A stretch of DNA of 64,000 nucleotides from a virus, in IMG/VR virus record IMGVR_UViG_3300020395_000002, positions 25,997 to 89,996 of that record, one strand, 5' to 3'. The stretch's first letter is position 1. Every line of letters starts with the position of its first letter. The notes below the pieces were generated by a model. It was not told the DNA's origin. It ran no database searches and saw nothing but the letters and a program-made list of their open reading frames with translations. Positions 10,810 to 20,900 of the stretch are shown one piece after another. A program made the translations under genes and the position numbers.

Positions 10810-11576
10810 TGAAGAATCTAGCGTCAATAAGAGGCTTCAAGAATGCCTCTATAGGTACAATAATGTCGTGGACTGGTACCACAGGTGATTTGCCAAAGGG
10901 TTGGCTAGCCTGTGATGGTACGACATATAATGATGCTGATTATCCTGCACTAGTATCCGTTATTGGATATACCTACGGTGGTAGTTCAGGATCATCTACT
11001 TTTGTTTTACCAAACTTAAATGGATCAAATAGAGTACCAGTTCATAAAGGATCTGCATATGCATCCTCAACAGGTGGATCTACAACAACAAATATTACAT
11101 TGAATGCTGAATGGCTTATATTAAATAGACCAAACACAACTGTATCGTTTTCACCTCCACAAGCTATACAATCTACTGGACCAGGTGGATGTATCTGGGA
11201 ACAAGTAGCAACCATTCAACCAAGAACTTTACCTCACGATTGTTTACCAGCACACAACCACACATATACTATACAAAACTGTAATGACCAGAGAACTGGT
11301 ACTCCTAGTGGTGAGTCTGGTGGTGATAATACTCCTGCGTGTGCAATAGGTCACTATCCTAAACCATTTGATACAGTTGGTAGTGGATCAGCTCATAGTC
11401 ACGGAAGTGTTAAATATACTGTAGAGAGAGGAAGTATTCAAATAGCTCCTTATACTAGGGACTATGACTCTACTAATAGTACTGTTGCTCTAAATAATAA
11501 TCCAGGTGTAGGTAACTCTCAACTGGCTATGAATCCTCCATATCAATCAGCAATATACATCATTAAAGCATTCTAA
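10809..11576 (+). CDS. Tail collar domain protein (short-tail-fibre-like)
   Basis: IGTIMSW...PKGWLACDG...YPALVSVIGYTYGG...TFVLPNL collar motif; HxH motifs; C-terminal PPYQSAIYIIKA. Confidence 0.85.
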   Translation: MKNLASIRGFKNASIGTIMSWTGTTGDLPKGWLACDGTTYNDADYPALVSVIGYTYGGSSGSSTFVLPNLNGSNRVPVHKGSAYASSTGGSTTTNITLNAEWLILNRPNTTVSFSPPQAIQSTGPGGCIWEQVATIQPRTLPHDCLPAHNHTYTIQNCNDQRTGTPSGESGGDNTPACAIGHYPKPFDTVGSGSAHSHGSVKYTVERGSIQIAPYTRDYDSTNSTVALNNNPGVGNSQLAMNPPYQSAIYIIKAF

Positions 11577-12505
11577 TGGCAAAGGTATACGCAGCAATTA
11601 AAGGAGCACAAGGTGTTGCACCAGGAGTTATTGTACCTTTTTCTAGAGAAGTGCAGAACAGTAGTCAGCAGATGAATCGTGTACCTGCTGGATATTTGAG
11701 ATGTGATGGTACGACATATCAAGCACAAGATTATCCAGATCTTGCAAGAGTTTTAGGTGTAGGTTCTGCTGGTGGCAGTGGAATACCTGCGTGTAGATAT
11801 CCAACAGGACTTTCTGGCACTGCATTATTAAATCCTACACTAGATGCTAACGGTAATTTTACTGGTGGCACATTCTGTGTTCCTAATTTAGGATCAAAGC
11901 ATTTACAACCTAGTAATACAGCAGGTAGTCAGTATCTTGGCGATCCAGCAATGAGTGGTGGTGGTGTTGTAGAACGTGCTGGTATAGGATACAAAGCACA
12001 AATTCAAAATGCAGCATCCAGTTCTTATACAGGGATGATACGTGTTGAGGAGTATAAAGCTCCAGCAACAGGATCCCCAATACTAACAATAGATCAATCT
12101 GGTAATGCTTCTGCTACCATATCTATTGCTCAGATAGAAGCACACGATCACGGTCTGACAGGTGCTAATGCACCAACTATGACACATATTACAGGTATAG
12201 GTTTTGACACCGACTTAACAGAGTTTGATAAGTATGGTGTTAACCTCTGGAAAGGTCCGTCTATTGGTGTAGGTGGAGTTAACTTTCCTGGTTTCTTTGA
12301 GATCGATCACACTGGTGCAGATGTAAACCACACTCACAGTTGTGGTGGTGGTGCTGCTTCTAATCAGTTGGAGTTTACTCAACCAGCTATAGATTTGTCA
12401 TTCTCAGGTTCTACTGCCAGCTGTGGTTTAACTGCTGATAGTAGAGAACATCTAAATCACGTTACATCTCCATATATGATTATGGAATTCATCGTCAAGT
12501 ACTAA
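11576..12505 (+). CDS. Tail collar domain protein
   Basis: GVIVPF...PAGYLRCDG...YPDLARVLG...FCVPNL; HDH/HTH motifs; C-terminal PYMIMEFIVKY. Confidence 0.85.
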   Translation: MAKVYAAIKGAQGVAPGVIVPFSREVQNSSQQMNRVPAGYLRCDGTTYQAQDYPDLARVLGVGSAGGSGIPACRYPTGLSGTALLNPTLDANGNFTGGTFCVPNLGSKHLQPSNTAGSQYLGDPAMSGGGVVERAGIGYKAQIQNAASSSYTGMIRVEEYKAPATGSPILTIDQSGNASATISIAQIEAHDHGLTGANAPTMTHITGIGFDTDLTEFDKYGVNLWKGPSIGVGGVNFPGFFEIDHTGADVNHTHSCGGGAASNQLEFTQPAIDLSFSGSTASCGLTADSREHLNHVTSPYMIMEFIVKY

Positions 12506-15500
12506 TGCCAAAGTATTATTCCCAGACAGCACCTGATTGGACAGGTGTACAAGTAGGCACCATCTCAATGATGCCAAAGGATGATGCTGGTGCATATTAT
12601 GCTCCTGATGGATGGATGGAGTGTAATGGTAGATCTATTAATCCTAACGAATACCTAGGTTTGTATCAAGTTATTCAAAATACATACGGAGGTAGTGCTA
12701 GTGGTGATTTTCCTAACATTAGTGGAGATTTTAAGGTACCAGATCTTAGAGACAGACGGGTTGTTGGTACGGGAAGACTCAGACCAGACGGGTCTAGTCC
12801 AGCACTAGAAGGATTAGATGCTGGTACAGTTAACACGTGTGGAAGTTTTGGTGGTAAGAATAATATAACTTTAGCAGACGTATCTACAAGGGTACAACTT
12901 GTAACTGGAAGTGTACAGAGTGTATTCAATACATCCAGAGTACAACAGTCTTCAACTCAATTTACTGATGGAACCGTAGATGTTAACAGTGGTTTCCTAG
13001 CTAACCACACAATGCCTCACTGGCCAAGTCATAGTCACGGTAATTTCTGGGCAATTAATCCTGCTGGTACATTTACTGCTGACCGTACATCTCCTGGTGG
13101 CGGTGATACACAGGTTCAAGGTGGTGCTAGTTCAGGTCCAAACTCACACGATGGTTCTCAATGTCCAGCAGTAGGTGGTGCAGGTTCACCACACTCACAC
13201 TGGATTGGTTGGAATGTTTCAGGAAGTTCTTCGGGAACTGGGTTTGGTGACTCACAACCTGCTGATGGTGATCCAAATACAGCAGGTGTATATGATTCTA
13301 ATGGTAATGCTTTAATTAAACCAACCGCAGCTATGATGCAGTGGAACGTTCAATATTCCCCTGTAGATGCTACACAAGTAACATTTGGTCTAGACGTTGA
13401 CTTAGGATTAGATGGTACTCCAAATCTACAACCAGAGTATCAAGAGACATCATATATGATCTTTGCTGGAGTTAGTAGTTCTGCATACACTGCACCTCCT
13501 GTACCTCCTGCTGGTGATACTGTTCCAGATCAGGTTGGTCCTTTCAATATTGGTGTTACATCAGCTTCTGGTGATGGAGTGGTAACCTTTGTTCTAAATG
13601 GTGTTAGTTCCAACTATAGTTTTGATGTAGAAGTAATAAAATCTGGTGGACAATCTGTTGGTGCAACACCTATTAACCTTAATGGTACTGGTAATGCAGT
13701 TAACACTGGATATGTAAACGGTGATACTATTTCTATGACACTAGAAGCACCTTCTAGTGGTGGTACCACAGCAAATTACGAGATTAGAGTTAAGTACAAT
13801 ACAGCCACACAGATGACTGCTGTTGCTAATATCACATACGAGGCAGCACCTACTGTTGACCTATCTGTATTACCAACAACAGTGACCTCTGGTTCTGCTA
13901 TTAATGTTACTTACGAGGCACCTGGAGCAACTTCTGTTGTCGCATCTAACTTCGGTGCTTCTGTACCAACTGGTGCTACAATTGTTCAGAACCCAACTGT
14001 CACAACTACTTACACGATTACCTTAGGTAACACTTGGGGTGATACAACTGCTACTGCGGTATGTACTATAGCTGCTGCAAATGCTCCACAGATTAATATG
14101 AGTGCTACTCCAACATCCATAGATGCTGGATCCTCAGCAACTATATCCTATAGTTGTACTAATGCTGACACATTTGTAAGTTGTTCTTCTTCTCCTGTTG
14201 ACACTGCCTTTGATAGTGCTTGTGCAGCTGCTGGTAATATAGCATACTATACACAGACTGTATCTCCATCAGTAGACACAACCTATACCGTTACATTGAG
14301 CAATGCAAATGGTCAAGCATCTCAGTCAGCAACTCTAACTGTTGTAGCAGTTGCTGCACCTACGGTCACATTAACTACTGATGTCACAGTCATTGAGCAA
14401 GGTAACTATAATCCTAATGATGACACTGAAGCAACCTTAACTTGGTCTAGCACAGACGCTGACGATATTGGTGGAATTAGTGGAACATCAACACCAACAT
14501 ATAGTCAATGGAATCCTACCACAGACTCTGGTACCTTACCTGTTGGACCTCAAGAAGATACTACATTCACAATTACTGCTACTAACGCAAGTGGATCTGA
14601 TTCTGCTAGTGTTAATATTCAGGTATTCTTTATGCCTGAGATTACGTTGACTGTTACCAGAGGATACACACCTTCAGGTGGTAGTGCATCATACTCATAT
14701 ATTTCAGGACAGAGTACTGCTGCTCTACCTTGGTTGTACTTCTGTTGTGAAGAGCAAGTAACTGTTGGATGGGCTATCACAGGAACGGCTACAACTGTAA
14801 CTGGTGGAGTATTCTATGGTAACTTTGCTGATGATGGAACTAACCCAAGTGGAGATAGCACTAATAGTAACCTAGGTACAGTTAGTGGAAATGCAACCTC
14901 AGGTACTTGGAGTAGTATTAAGATAGCTCCTAGTGAAAATGGTAGTGCTGCTGGTGGATCTAATGCTGTCTCAGCGAATAAGAGACAGGGTGCGATCTTG
15001 ATCCAAGCATCTAACACAATGGGTCAAAGTGCTGCTGCTGCAATAAGATTTAAGATACTTACATTCCGTGTTGCTAGGTACAGTGACTATCAGGATATTG
15101 CATACTTTAACCAGTCTGGATCTACCAGTAATGTTGGTATGTACTTCGATGGAACTGGTAACCTAATAACCACTGGTAGTGGATCTGCTCAAGTCGTATT
15201 AAACTTCGGATGGAATGATCAACCCAACCAAGACGGTCAAGCACTTGGAAATTACTCTATCTCTGCTCTTGGTATATCATTCGATCAAGGAAATACAACT
15301 ACAGGTAGTGACACTGCAACTGTTACAGTTACTGGTGGTACAACATATACTGCTGTTGTAACTGGTGCTGCTGGCGTTGGTGGATACCACGTTGAGAACT
15401 CTAGTACTGGTGGAGTCAATCAGAAGTTCTGTGTTTGGGATAGTGATGGCACTGACTGTAATGCTTGGGTAGAAGTCGCAAGCATAACACAACAGGGTGC

Positions 15501-15858
15501 TACATTACAGTTTGGTCCTATCAGTACCAACGAGTCTTATGTTGATACATCACCAGCTACTATACCAGCAGGTTCAACTTGGAATTGCTCAAGTATTATA
15601 TGTCATATTGGTGCTGCAACAGGAGAACTATTTGGTAAGGTTACTAACGGTAAGTTTAGAGTTGAGGATATAACTGGTGCTGCCAGCGACAATGATTACT
15701 ATGACTTAACAGTTTCTTGTAACGTTGCTGACTTTACTGGTGCATCTACTAACGCTAACACTGCTGCTACAGGTAACTTTGCAATCGCACTACCAGCTGG
15801 AACGTTCACATCTTCTGACATCAACACATTATGGGAACCAGGTGACGGAAACCCATAG
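12505..15858 (+). CDS. Tail collar protein with Ig/PKD-like repeats (tail fibre)
   Basis: N-terminal collar (PDGWMECNG...LYQVIQNTYGG...FKVPDLR); HSH motifs; three Thr-rich repeats (P..TTTYTITL.N). Confidence 0.8.
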   Translation: MPKYYSQTAPDWTGVQVGTISMMPKDDAGAYYAPDGWMECNGRSINPNEYLGLYQVIQNTYGGSASGDFPNISGDFKVPDLRDRRVVGTGRLRPDGSSPALEGLDAGTVNTCGSFGGKNNITLADVSTRVQLVTGSVQSVFNTSRVQQSSTQFTDGTVDVNSGFLANHTMPHWPSHSHGNFWAINPAGTFTADRTSPGGGDTQVQGGASSGPNSHDGSQCPAVGGAGSPHSHWIGWNVSGSSSGTGFGDSQPADGDPNTAGVYDSNGNALIKPTAAMMQWNVQYSPVDATQVTFGLDVDLGLDGTPNLQPEYQETSYMIFAGVSSSAYTAPPVPPAGDTVPDQVGPFNIGVTSASGDGVVTFVLNGVSSNYSFDVEVIKSGGQSVGATPINLNGTGNAVNTGYVNGDTISMTLEAPSSGGTTANYEIRVKYNTATQMTAVANITYEAAPTVDLSVLPTTVTSGSAINVTYEAPGATSVVASNFGASVPTGATIVQNPTVTTTYTITLGNTWGDTTATAVCTIAAANAPQINMSATPTSIDAGSSATISYSCTNADTFVSCSSSPVDTAFDSACAAAGNIAYYTQTVSPSVDTTYTVTLSNANGQASQSATLTVVAVAAPTVTLTTDVTVIEQGNYNPNDDTEATLTWSSTDADDIGGISGTSTPTYSQWNPTTDSGTLPVGPQEDTTFTITATNASGSDSASVNIQVFFMPEITLTVTRGYTPSGGSASYSYISGQSTAALPWLYFCCEEQVTVGWAITGTATTVTGGVFYGNFADDGTNPSGDSTNSNLGTVSGNATSGTWSSIKIAPSENGSAAGGSNAVSANKRQGAILIQASNTMGQSAAAAIRFKILTFRVARYSDYQDIAYFNQSGSTSNVGMYFDGTGNLITTGSGSAQVVLNFGWNDQPNQDGQALGNYSISALGISFDQGNTTTGSDTATVTVTGGTTYTAVVTGAAGVGGYHVENSSTGGVNQKFCVWDSDGTDCNAWVEVASITQQGATLQFGPISTNESYVDTSPATIPAGSTWNCSSIICHIGAATGELFGKVTNGKFRVEDITGAASDNDYYDLTVSCNVADFTGASTNANTAATGNFAIALPAGTFTSSDINTLWEPGDGNP

Positions 15859-15918
15859 ACGTGATATAATAAACTTGGAAAAAAACTCGGCAAAATTTTT
15901 GCTCTTTTAGACTTCGTT

Positions 15919-16578
15919 ATGGCAGAGGACAACAATTTACCACCTATCAAGCCTCTAGAGTTGATGCTTGATGAAAATATAACAAAGGTTGATTTCTCAG
16001 ACTTCATTGGAGTCTGGGATAATTTTATGCCAGAAAATGTTTGTAATAAGTTTATTGATTGGTATAAAGACCTTAAAAATACAGCAGCTATAACTCAACC
16101 TCAAGATGATGGGGGTGTAGGAGATGGTAGGTTTCAATTTCAAGATGGTAATTTAGGTAGGTATGATAAACAGATACTGATTAATCATAATAACTATGAC
16201 TTGCAGAAATGTACAGTACAGTATATTAGAGCTTGTGTTGACCATTATATTTGGAAGTATCGGCAACTTGCATCACAACCATTGATGAGTACTGTGATTA
16301 AGTTTCAACATACTCCTCAAAGTGGTGGATACCATACGTGGCACTATGAAGCAATGGGTTTATCTTATGCTCATCGTGTATTGACTTGGATGATATATCT
16401 CAATGAAGATTTTGAAGGAGGAGAAACAGAGTTTCTTGATCAGACAAGAAGAATTAAACCTACTACTGGTACATTGTTAATCTGGCCAGCAGGTTTCACG
16501 CATACACATAAAGGGAACCTAGTTTTATCAGGTGATAAATACATATTGACAGGATGGTATCTATTAAATGGCTCGTAA
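15919..16578 (+). CDS. 2OG-Fe(II) oxygenase (prolyl-4-hydroxylase-like)
   Basis: GYHTWHYE, RVLTWMIYLN..EGGETEF, IWPAGFTHTHKG, KYILTGW. Confidence 0.9.
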   Translation: MAEDNNLPPIKPLELMLDENITKVDFSDFIGVWDNFMPENVCNKFIDWYKDLKNTAAITQPQDDGGVGDGRFQFQDGNLGRYDKQILINHNNYDLQKCTVQYIRACVDHYIWKYRQLASQPLMSTVIKFQHTPQSGGYHTWHYEAMGLSYAHRVLTWMIYLNEDFEGGETEFLDQTRRIKPTTGTLLIWPAGFTHTHKGNLVLSGDKYILTGWYLLNGS

Positions 16579-17245
16579 TTTTGCGGAAGCTGATTTTATC
16601 CTCTGGGTTCCCAGAAAAATTATCGGTGGTAAAAATCCAGATGGTACCCAACAGGGCTTTGAGATCTCTGATAGTGATTGGACTAATACTGTTCTACCTG
16701 CTATCAACGGGACATTCCACGTTGCTGGTGTGGATGAACTAACAACCATACACTATTGGAAAGCAGATAACCCTCTTGGTGAACCCGTTTGGTACCTTGC
16801 AGAGAATCAGGATCTACGTGGTAATACAGCAATTACTACAAATGATTCATCTAAAGTTGATGAAGCAACGGTCTTATACGAAACTTTATCACCTCTTCGT
16901 ACACAGTACAAAGATGCTTATGATGCTGAACAACAAGCAGCGTTGGATAAAGCAAATCGTGAAAAATATTTTGTTGACAATCAAATTCCAGAGAACTTGG
17001 GATCATTGCGTGCAATGAGAACTGATCTTCTTAAAGATACTGATTGGGTGATGTTAGAAGATGTTTGGGAAGCTGCTGCTGGTATGTCACTAGCTAGTGT
17101 CCCTGCTGCTGCTAAAGAGAAAGCTAACTGGAAGACCTATAGGCAAAGACTTAGGGATTTACCTGCACAACAGGCAGATCCGTATGAATATGCCAATTTC
17201 ACTGGTTGGCCAGTTAATCCCGCACACGCTGATTTCGTTCCCTAA
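16568..17245 (+). CDS. Phage tail-fibre assembly chaperone-like protein
   Basis: C-terminal LRAMRTDLLKDTDW...WKTYRQRLRDLP...WP motif of tail assembly chaperones. Confidence 0.8.
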   Translation: MARNFAEADFILWVPRKIIGGKNPDGTQQGFEISDSDWTNTVLPAINGTFHVAGVDELTTIHYWKADNPLGEPVWYLAENQDLRGNTAITTNDSSKVDEATVLYETLSPLRTQYKDAYDAEQQAALDKANREKYFVDNQIPENLGSLRAMRTDLLKDTDWVMLEDVWEAAAGMSLASVPAAAKEKANWKTYRQRLRDLPAQQADPYEYANFTGWPVNPAHADFVP

Positions 17246-17247
17246 CT

Positions 17248-17922
17248 ATGTTTTTTCGTTATGAATTGCTGAACAATGTTAATCTTAAACACGTACAAGA
17301 CTTCTACGACTTCTCTGAGTTCAATGATGGTGCACGCACTGGATCTGATGATAAGAGAATTAAGAATAACATTGAAATGCAAGTTGAGCAAGCAAATGCT
17401 GCTTGGAAGATAATTTGGGATAATTATCAAAAACACGAGATACCTATGTGGCAAATGTGGGTCTGTAATAGCACCACAGCTTTGTTTATTAGGTATACAG
17501 AAGGAATGCATTATGGATGGCACTGTGATTCGCCTATGATGGCAGGAGGAGTGCGATCCGATTTTAGTACTACAGTATTTTTAAATGATCCTTCAGAATA
17601 TGAAGGAGGTGAACTTGTATTACAGTATGGTACAGAGACTATTGAGGTTAAATTACCTGCTGGATGGGCGTTTAGTTATCCTACTGGGACTAAACATATG
17701 GTGAAAGAAGTAACATCTGGAGTAAGGGATGTTGCAGTCTTTTGGAGTAAGTCAATGTTCAGATGTCAAGAAGACAGACGAGTTGCGACATATAATTATG
17801 AAATAAAACAGGAGTTACTCAACCTTTATCCGAACGCAGAGGATCCTGATGATGATCATTATGGTATGACAAGAGGTCTTGATGAACAGTTACACTCGTT
17901 GATGCGTTCAAAAGCTTACTAA
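17248..17922 (+). CDS. PKHD-type (YbiX/PiuC-like) Fe(II)/2OG hydroxylase
   Basis: FNDGARTG, K.NIE, YGWHCD, RSDFSTTVFLNDPSEYEGGEL, VKLPAG, H.V.EVTSGVRDVAVFW. Confidence 0.9.
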   Translation: MFFRYELLNNVNLKHVQDFYDFSEFNDGARTGSDDKRIKNNIEMQVEQANAAWKIIWDNYQKHEIPMWQMWVCNSTTALFIRYTEGMHYGWHCDSPMMAGGVRSDFSTTVFLNDPSEYEGGELVLQYGTETIEVKLPAGWAFSYPTGTKHMVKEVTSGVRDVAVFWSKSMFRCQEDRRVATYNYEIKQELLNLYPNAEDPDDDHYGMTRGLDEQLHSLMRSKAY

Positions 17923-17925
17923 ATA
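17919..17925 (+). promoter_or_regulatory. Late promoter-like motif
   Basis: CTAAATA upstream of the 3263-aa gene. Confidence 0.55.
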
Positions 17926-17959
17926 ACCCTTAGGGAAAGTACCGTACCATTTTGGAATA

Positions 17960-20900
17960 ATGCAAATAGAGGAAGGCAGAATTATTGTCCAAGTCTCGAA
18001 AGAGATAGAGGTCGCTACTGTCATTGAACGTGCAAAGCAACGTTTCACATCACTAGCTAACACACACGACCTGACAAGGTTCAAAACACTATTCCTAGAT
18101 TTTCCATCAAGGGATCAGAATTTCATCACTATTTTAAAGAGTGACGAATTTCCAGAGGTTATTGGGGCACATTGGGATGCCAAAATGACCATTAAGAAAC
18201 AAGATTTACAAAACGAAGTCGGAGTAAAGCACGCTGATGCTTTCGAGATGGCAGAAGAGACGTATGATATATCAAATCCCCCAGCTGTTACCCCCAACGA
18301 TCCCTCCCGTGAAGATGTTGCTACATATTCCTCTACCTCTAGTGACACTGCTTCTGCATTAACTGCACAGGTCAAACCATTTTCCTATGGTAGTGTAAGA
18401 CCTTGGAACGGTAGTACTTCTACACTAACATACACAGGTATAGTTAACGTTGGTTCATATGGTCCTAAGTTAGCACTACTATCTGGTGGTGTGATATATG
18501 AGTCTATAGCATTAGACTATATGCTTCCTAACTTTACTATTGTCTTCAGTTTAGCAGATGCTAGTAATGCAGGATATAAGTGGTGCTTCTCTACCACACC
18601 AGACGGTACAAATAATGGTGGTACAGAGTATACAACAGGTGTAACAAGAGTAGGTACTCCAGGAACTGCTGGTTCTTCTGTAAGTATAGCACTTTCAGCA
18701 ACCACACCATTGGAGTTGTATATCTATGAGGATACCACACCTACTATGGGTATGTCTGGATCTTACATACCTTCAACAACATATTCATTTAAAATAACTA
18801 TCTTCAATAAGTGGCATCTACAAAGGATATCACAATCTACAGATAACCTAGGTTATGGTCTCTATTCACTGACTGAAGACGGAGAAAATTCAGATATTTA
18901 CATCCTTGATACTGGTGTTCGTGGTGCATCCCGTCCAGCAGATACTGCTGGTGCTAATTTACACCCAGAATTATATCACCCAGATTATATAAGTGACTTC
19001 AATGGTACTACAGAACAGGCAAACTATCGTGTATATGAGGTACCAGGATATAACTCAGGTATCACATTAAATGGTGAAGCAAATAGTAATGAGGATGACG
19101 ATGGTCACGGTACTCAGTGTGCTATCTGTGCTGCTGGTGTAACCTTTGGTGTAGCTAAGAAAGCACGTATCTTCGCAATGAAGGTATTTAATGAGACTGG
19201 TACTGAGTATACCACGTTTGCATCAAGATATATCAATTGTATGCTAGCTATTGCTAACCATAACGATTCTACTCACGCAAACTGGAAAGGTAATACCCGT
19301 CCAGCAATTGTTAATGCTTCATTAGGTGCTATTATACCTAACAGATACTGGCCATATGTTTATAAGAATGAGCCTGGATTTGATTCTGGTGCTGGTGAGA
19401 GTGATACACTCTTTGATGACTATGAGAACTATCTTATAGAATCTGGTGTTATCTTTGTAAGATCTGCTGGTAATGGATTTACTGATGGCACTTGGGCTGG
19501 TACTTACGGTGGATATCAAGGTAAGTACTTGGTAGGTGTTAGGACTGCTGGTCCTAAGGACAACCTACACAATATGGAAATACCTGATGCTAGTGACAAA
19601 GGTAAGATTACTGTAGGTGCTACTGCACATAATAATAATTTCTCTGCATTCTCTAATTACGGTACGATTACTACCAGTGCTCCTGGTGAGTCAATCTATT
19701 GCCCTAGATGGTATTGGAACAGTGCTACACCATACAACCAGATAAGTTCTTCTTACTACACAAATATTGATGGTACTTCATTCTCTGGTCCTATAACTGC
19801 TGGTGTACTAGCACAGTGGGCTACAAAGATGACATACCAACAGGGTGTTACCTATGAAGGTAAACCTCTACCACAGTTGGCAAAAGAATGGTTACGTAGA
19901 CCATTAGATTGGGATTATATTCGTACATATAATGGTGCGACTGCATCACCTGTTAGCTATGAGTTTGGTGGTGCTAGTGTCCAAACATATCCATCTAATA
20001 CTATCGATGAAATCGTATTCGATGGATTGAATACAACAGTTTCAACTGGTGCTGCTAGTAACGTTCTTACATTCAATTTAGGATCAGAGTTTTCTAGATT
20101 AAACCCTGTTCTTGGTGATCAGATACAGATACGTACACCTATTGGTATTATAGCACAAGATATAATCAGTGATGTATGGGTAACATCTGTAGCGTCACCT
20201 ACTGCTGCATATCATAAAGAGGGTGGACTATTTAATGTTGTTAGTGATAATCATCCAGCTCCAGGTCTTTACGGTGTATTCCCTAAAGCTGGAACATCTG
20301 GATATGTTTCTAACCTTACATTAAGTCAGCAAGGTTCTGGATACACTATAGCACCTGTTGTTTCATTCTCAGGTGGTGGTGGAACGGATGCTACTGCAAC
20401 AGCTCAGATCACACTAACTGGTGGTGGTGTTACAGGTATTAACGTAGATCAGTCTGGTAGTGGATACACAGAGGCACCAACAGTCACAATTAGTGGTGAT
20501 GGTAACGGTGCAACTGCAACTGCAAACATCTCACTTACTGGTGGTGGAATACAAACTGTTACCGTAACTAACGGTGGTAATGGTTACAACCCATTAAACG
20601 TACCAGCTGTTGCCTTCTCAGGCGGTGGTGGAGGTGGTGCAGCTGCAACCGCAGTTGTTACTGATGGTATTGTTACTGGTGTTACTATTACTAATCCAGG
20701 TTCAGGATATACACAGGCACCTTCTGTAACTATTGCAGCTGCAAGTCCTCCAGTTCAAGGAACGACATTTGATATTGCTAATATGTTTGTATCAGGTGGT
20801 GGATCTGTTACAACTGGATCTCTAAACATTGTTAACAATGCATTGACAACTGTTGCGGATAACTTACCACAACCTGCATTGTTTGGATCTTTCCCTAATG

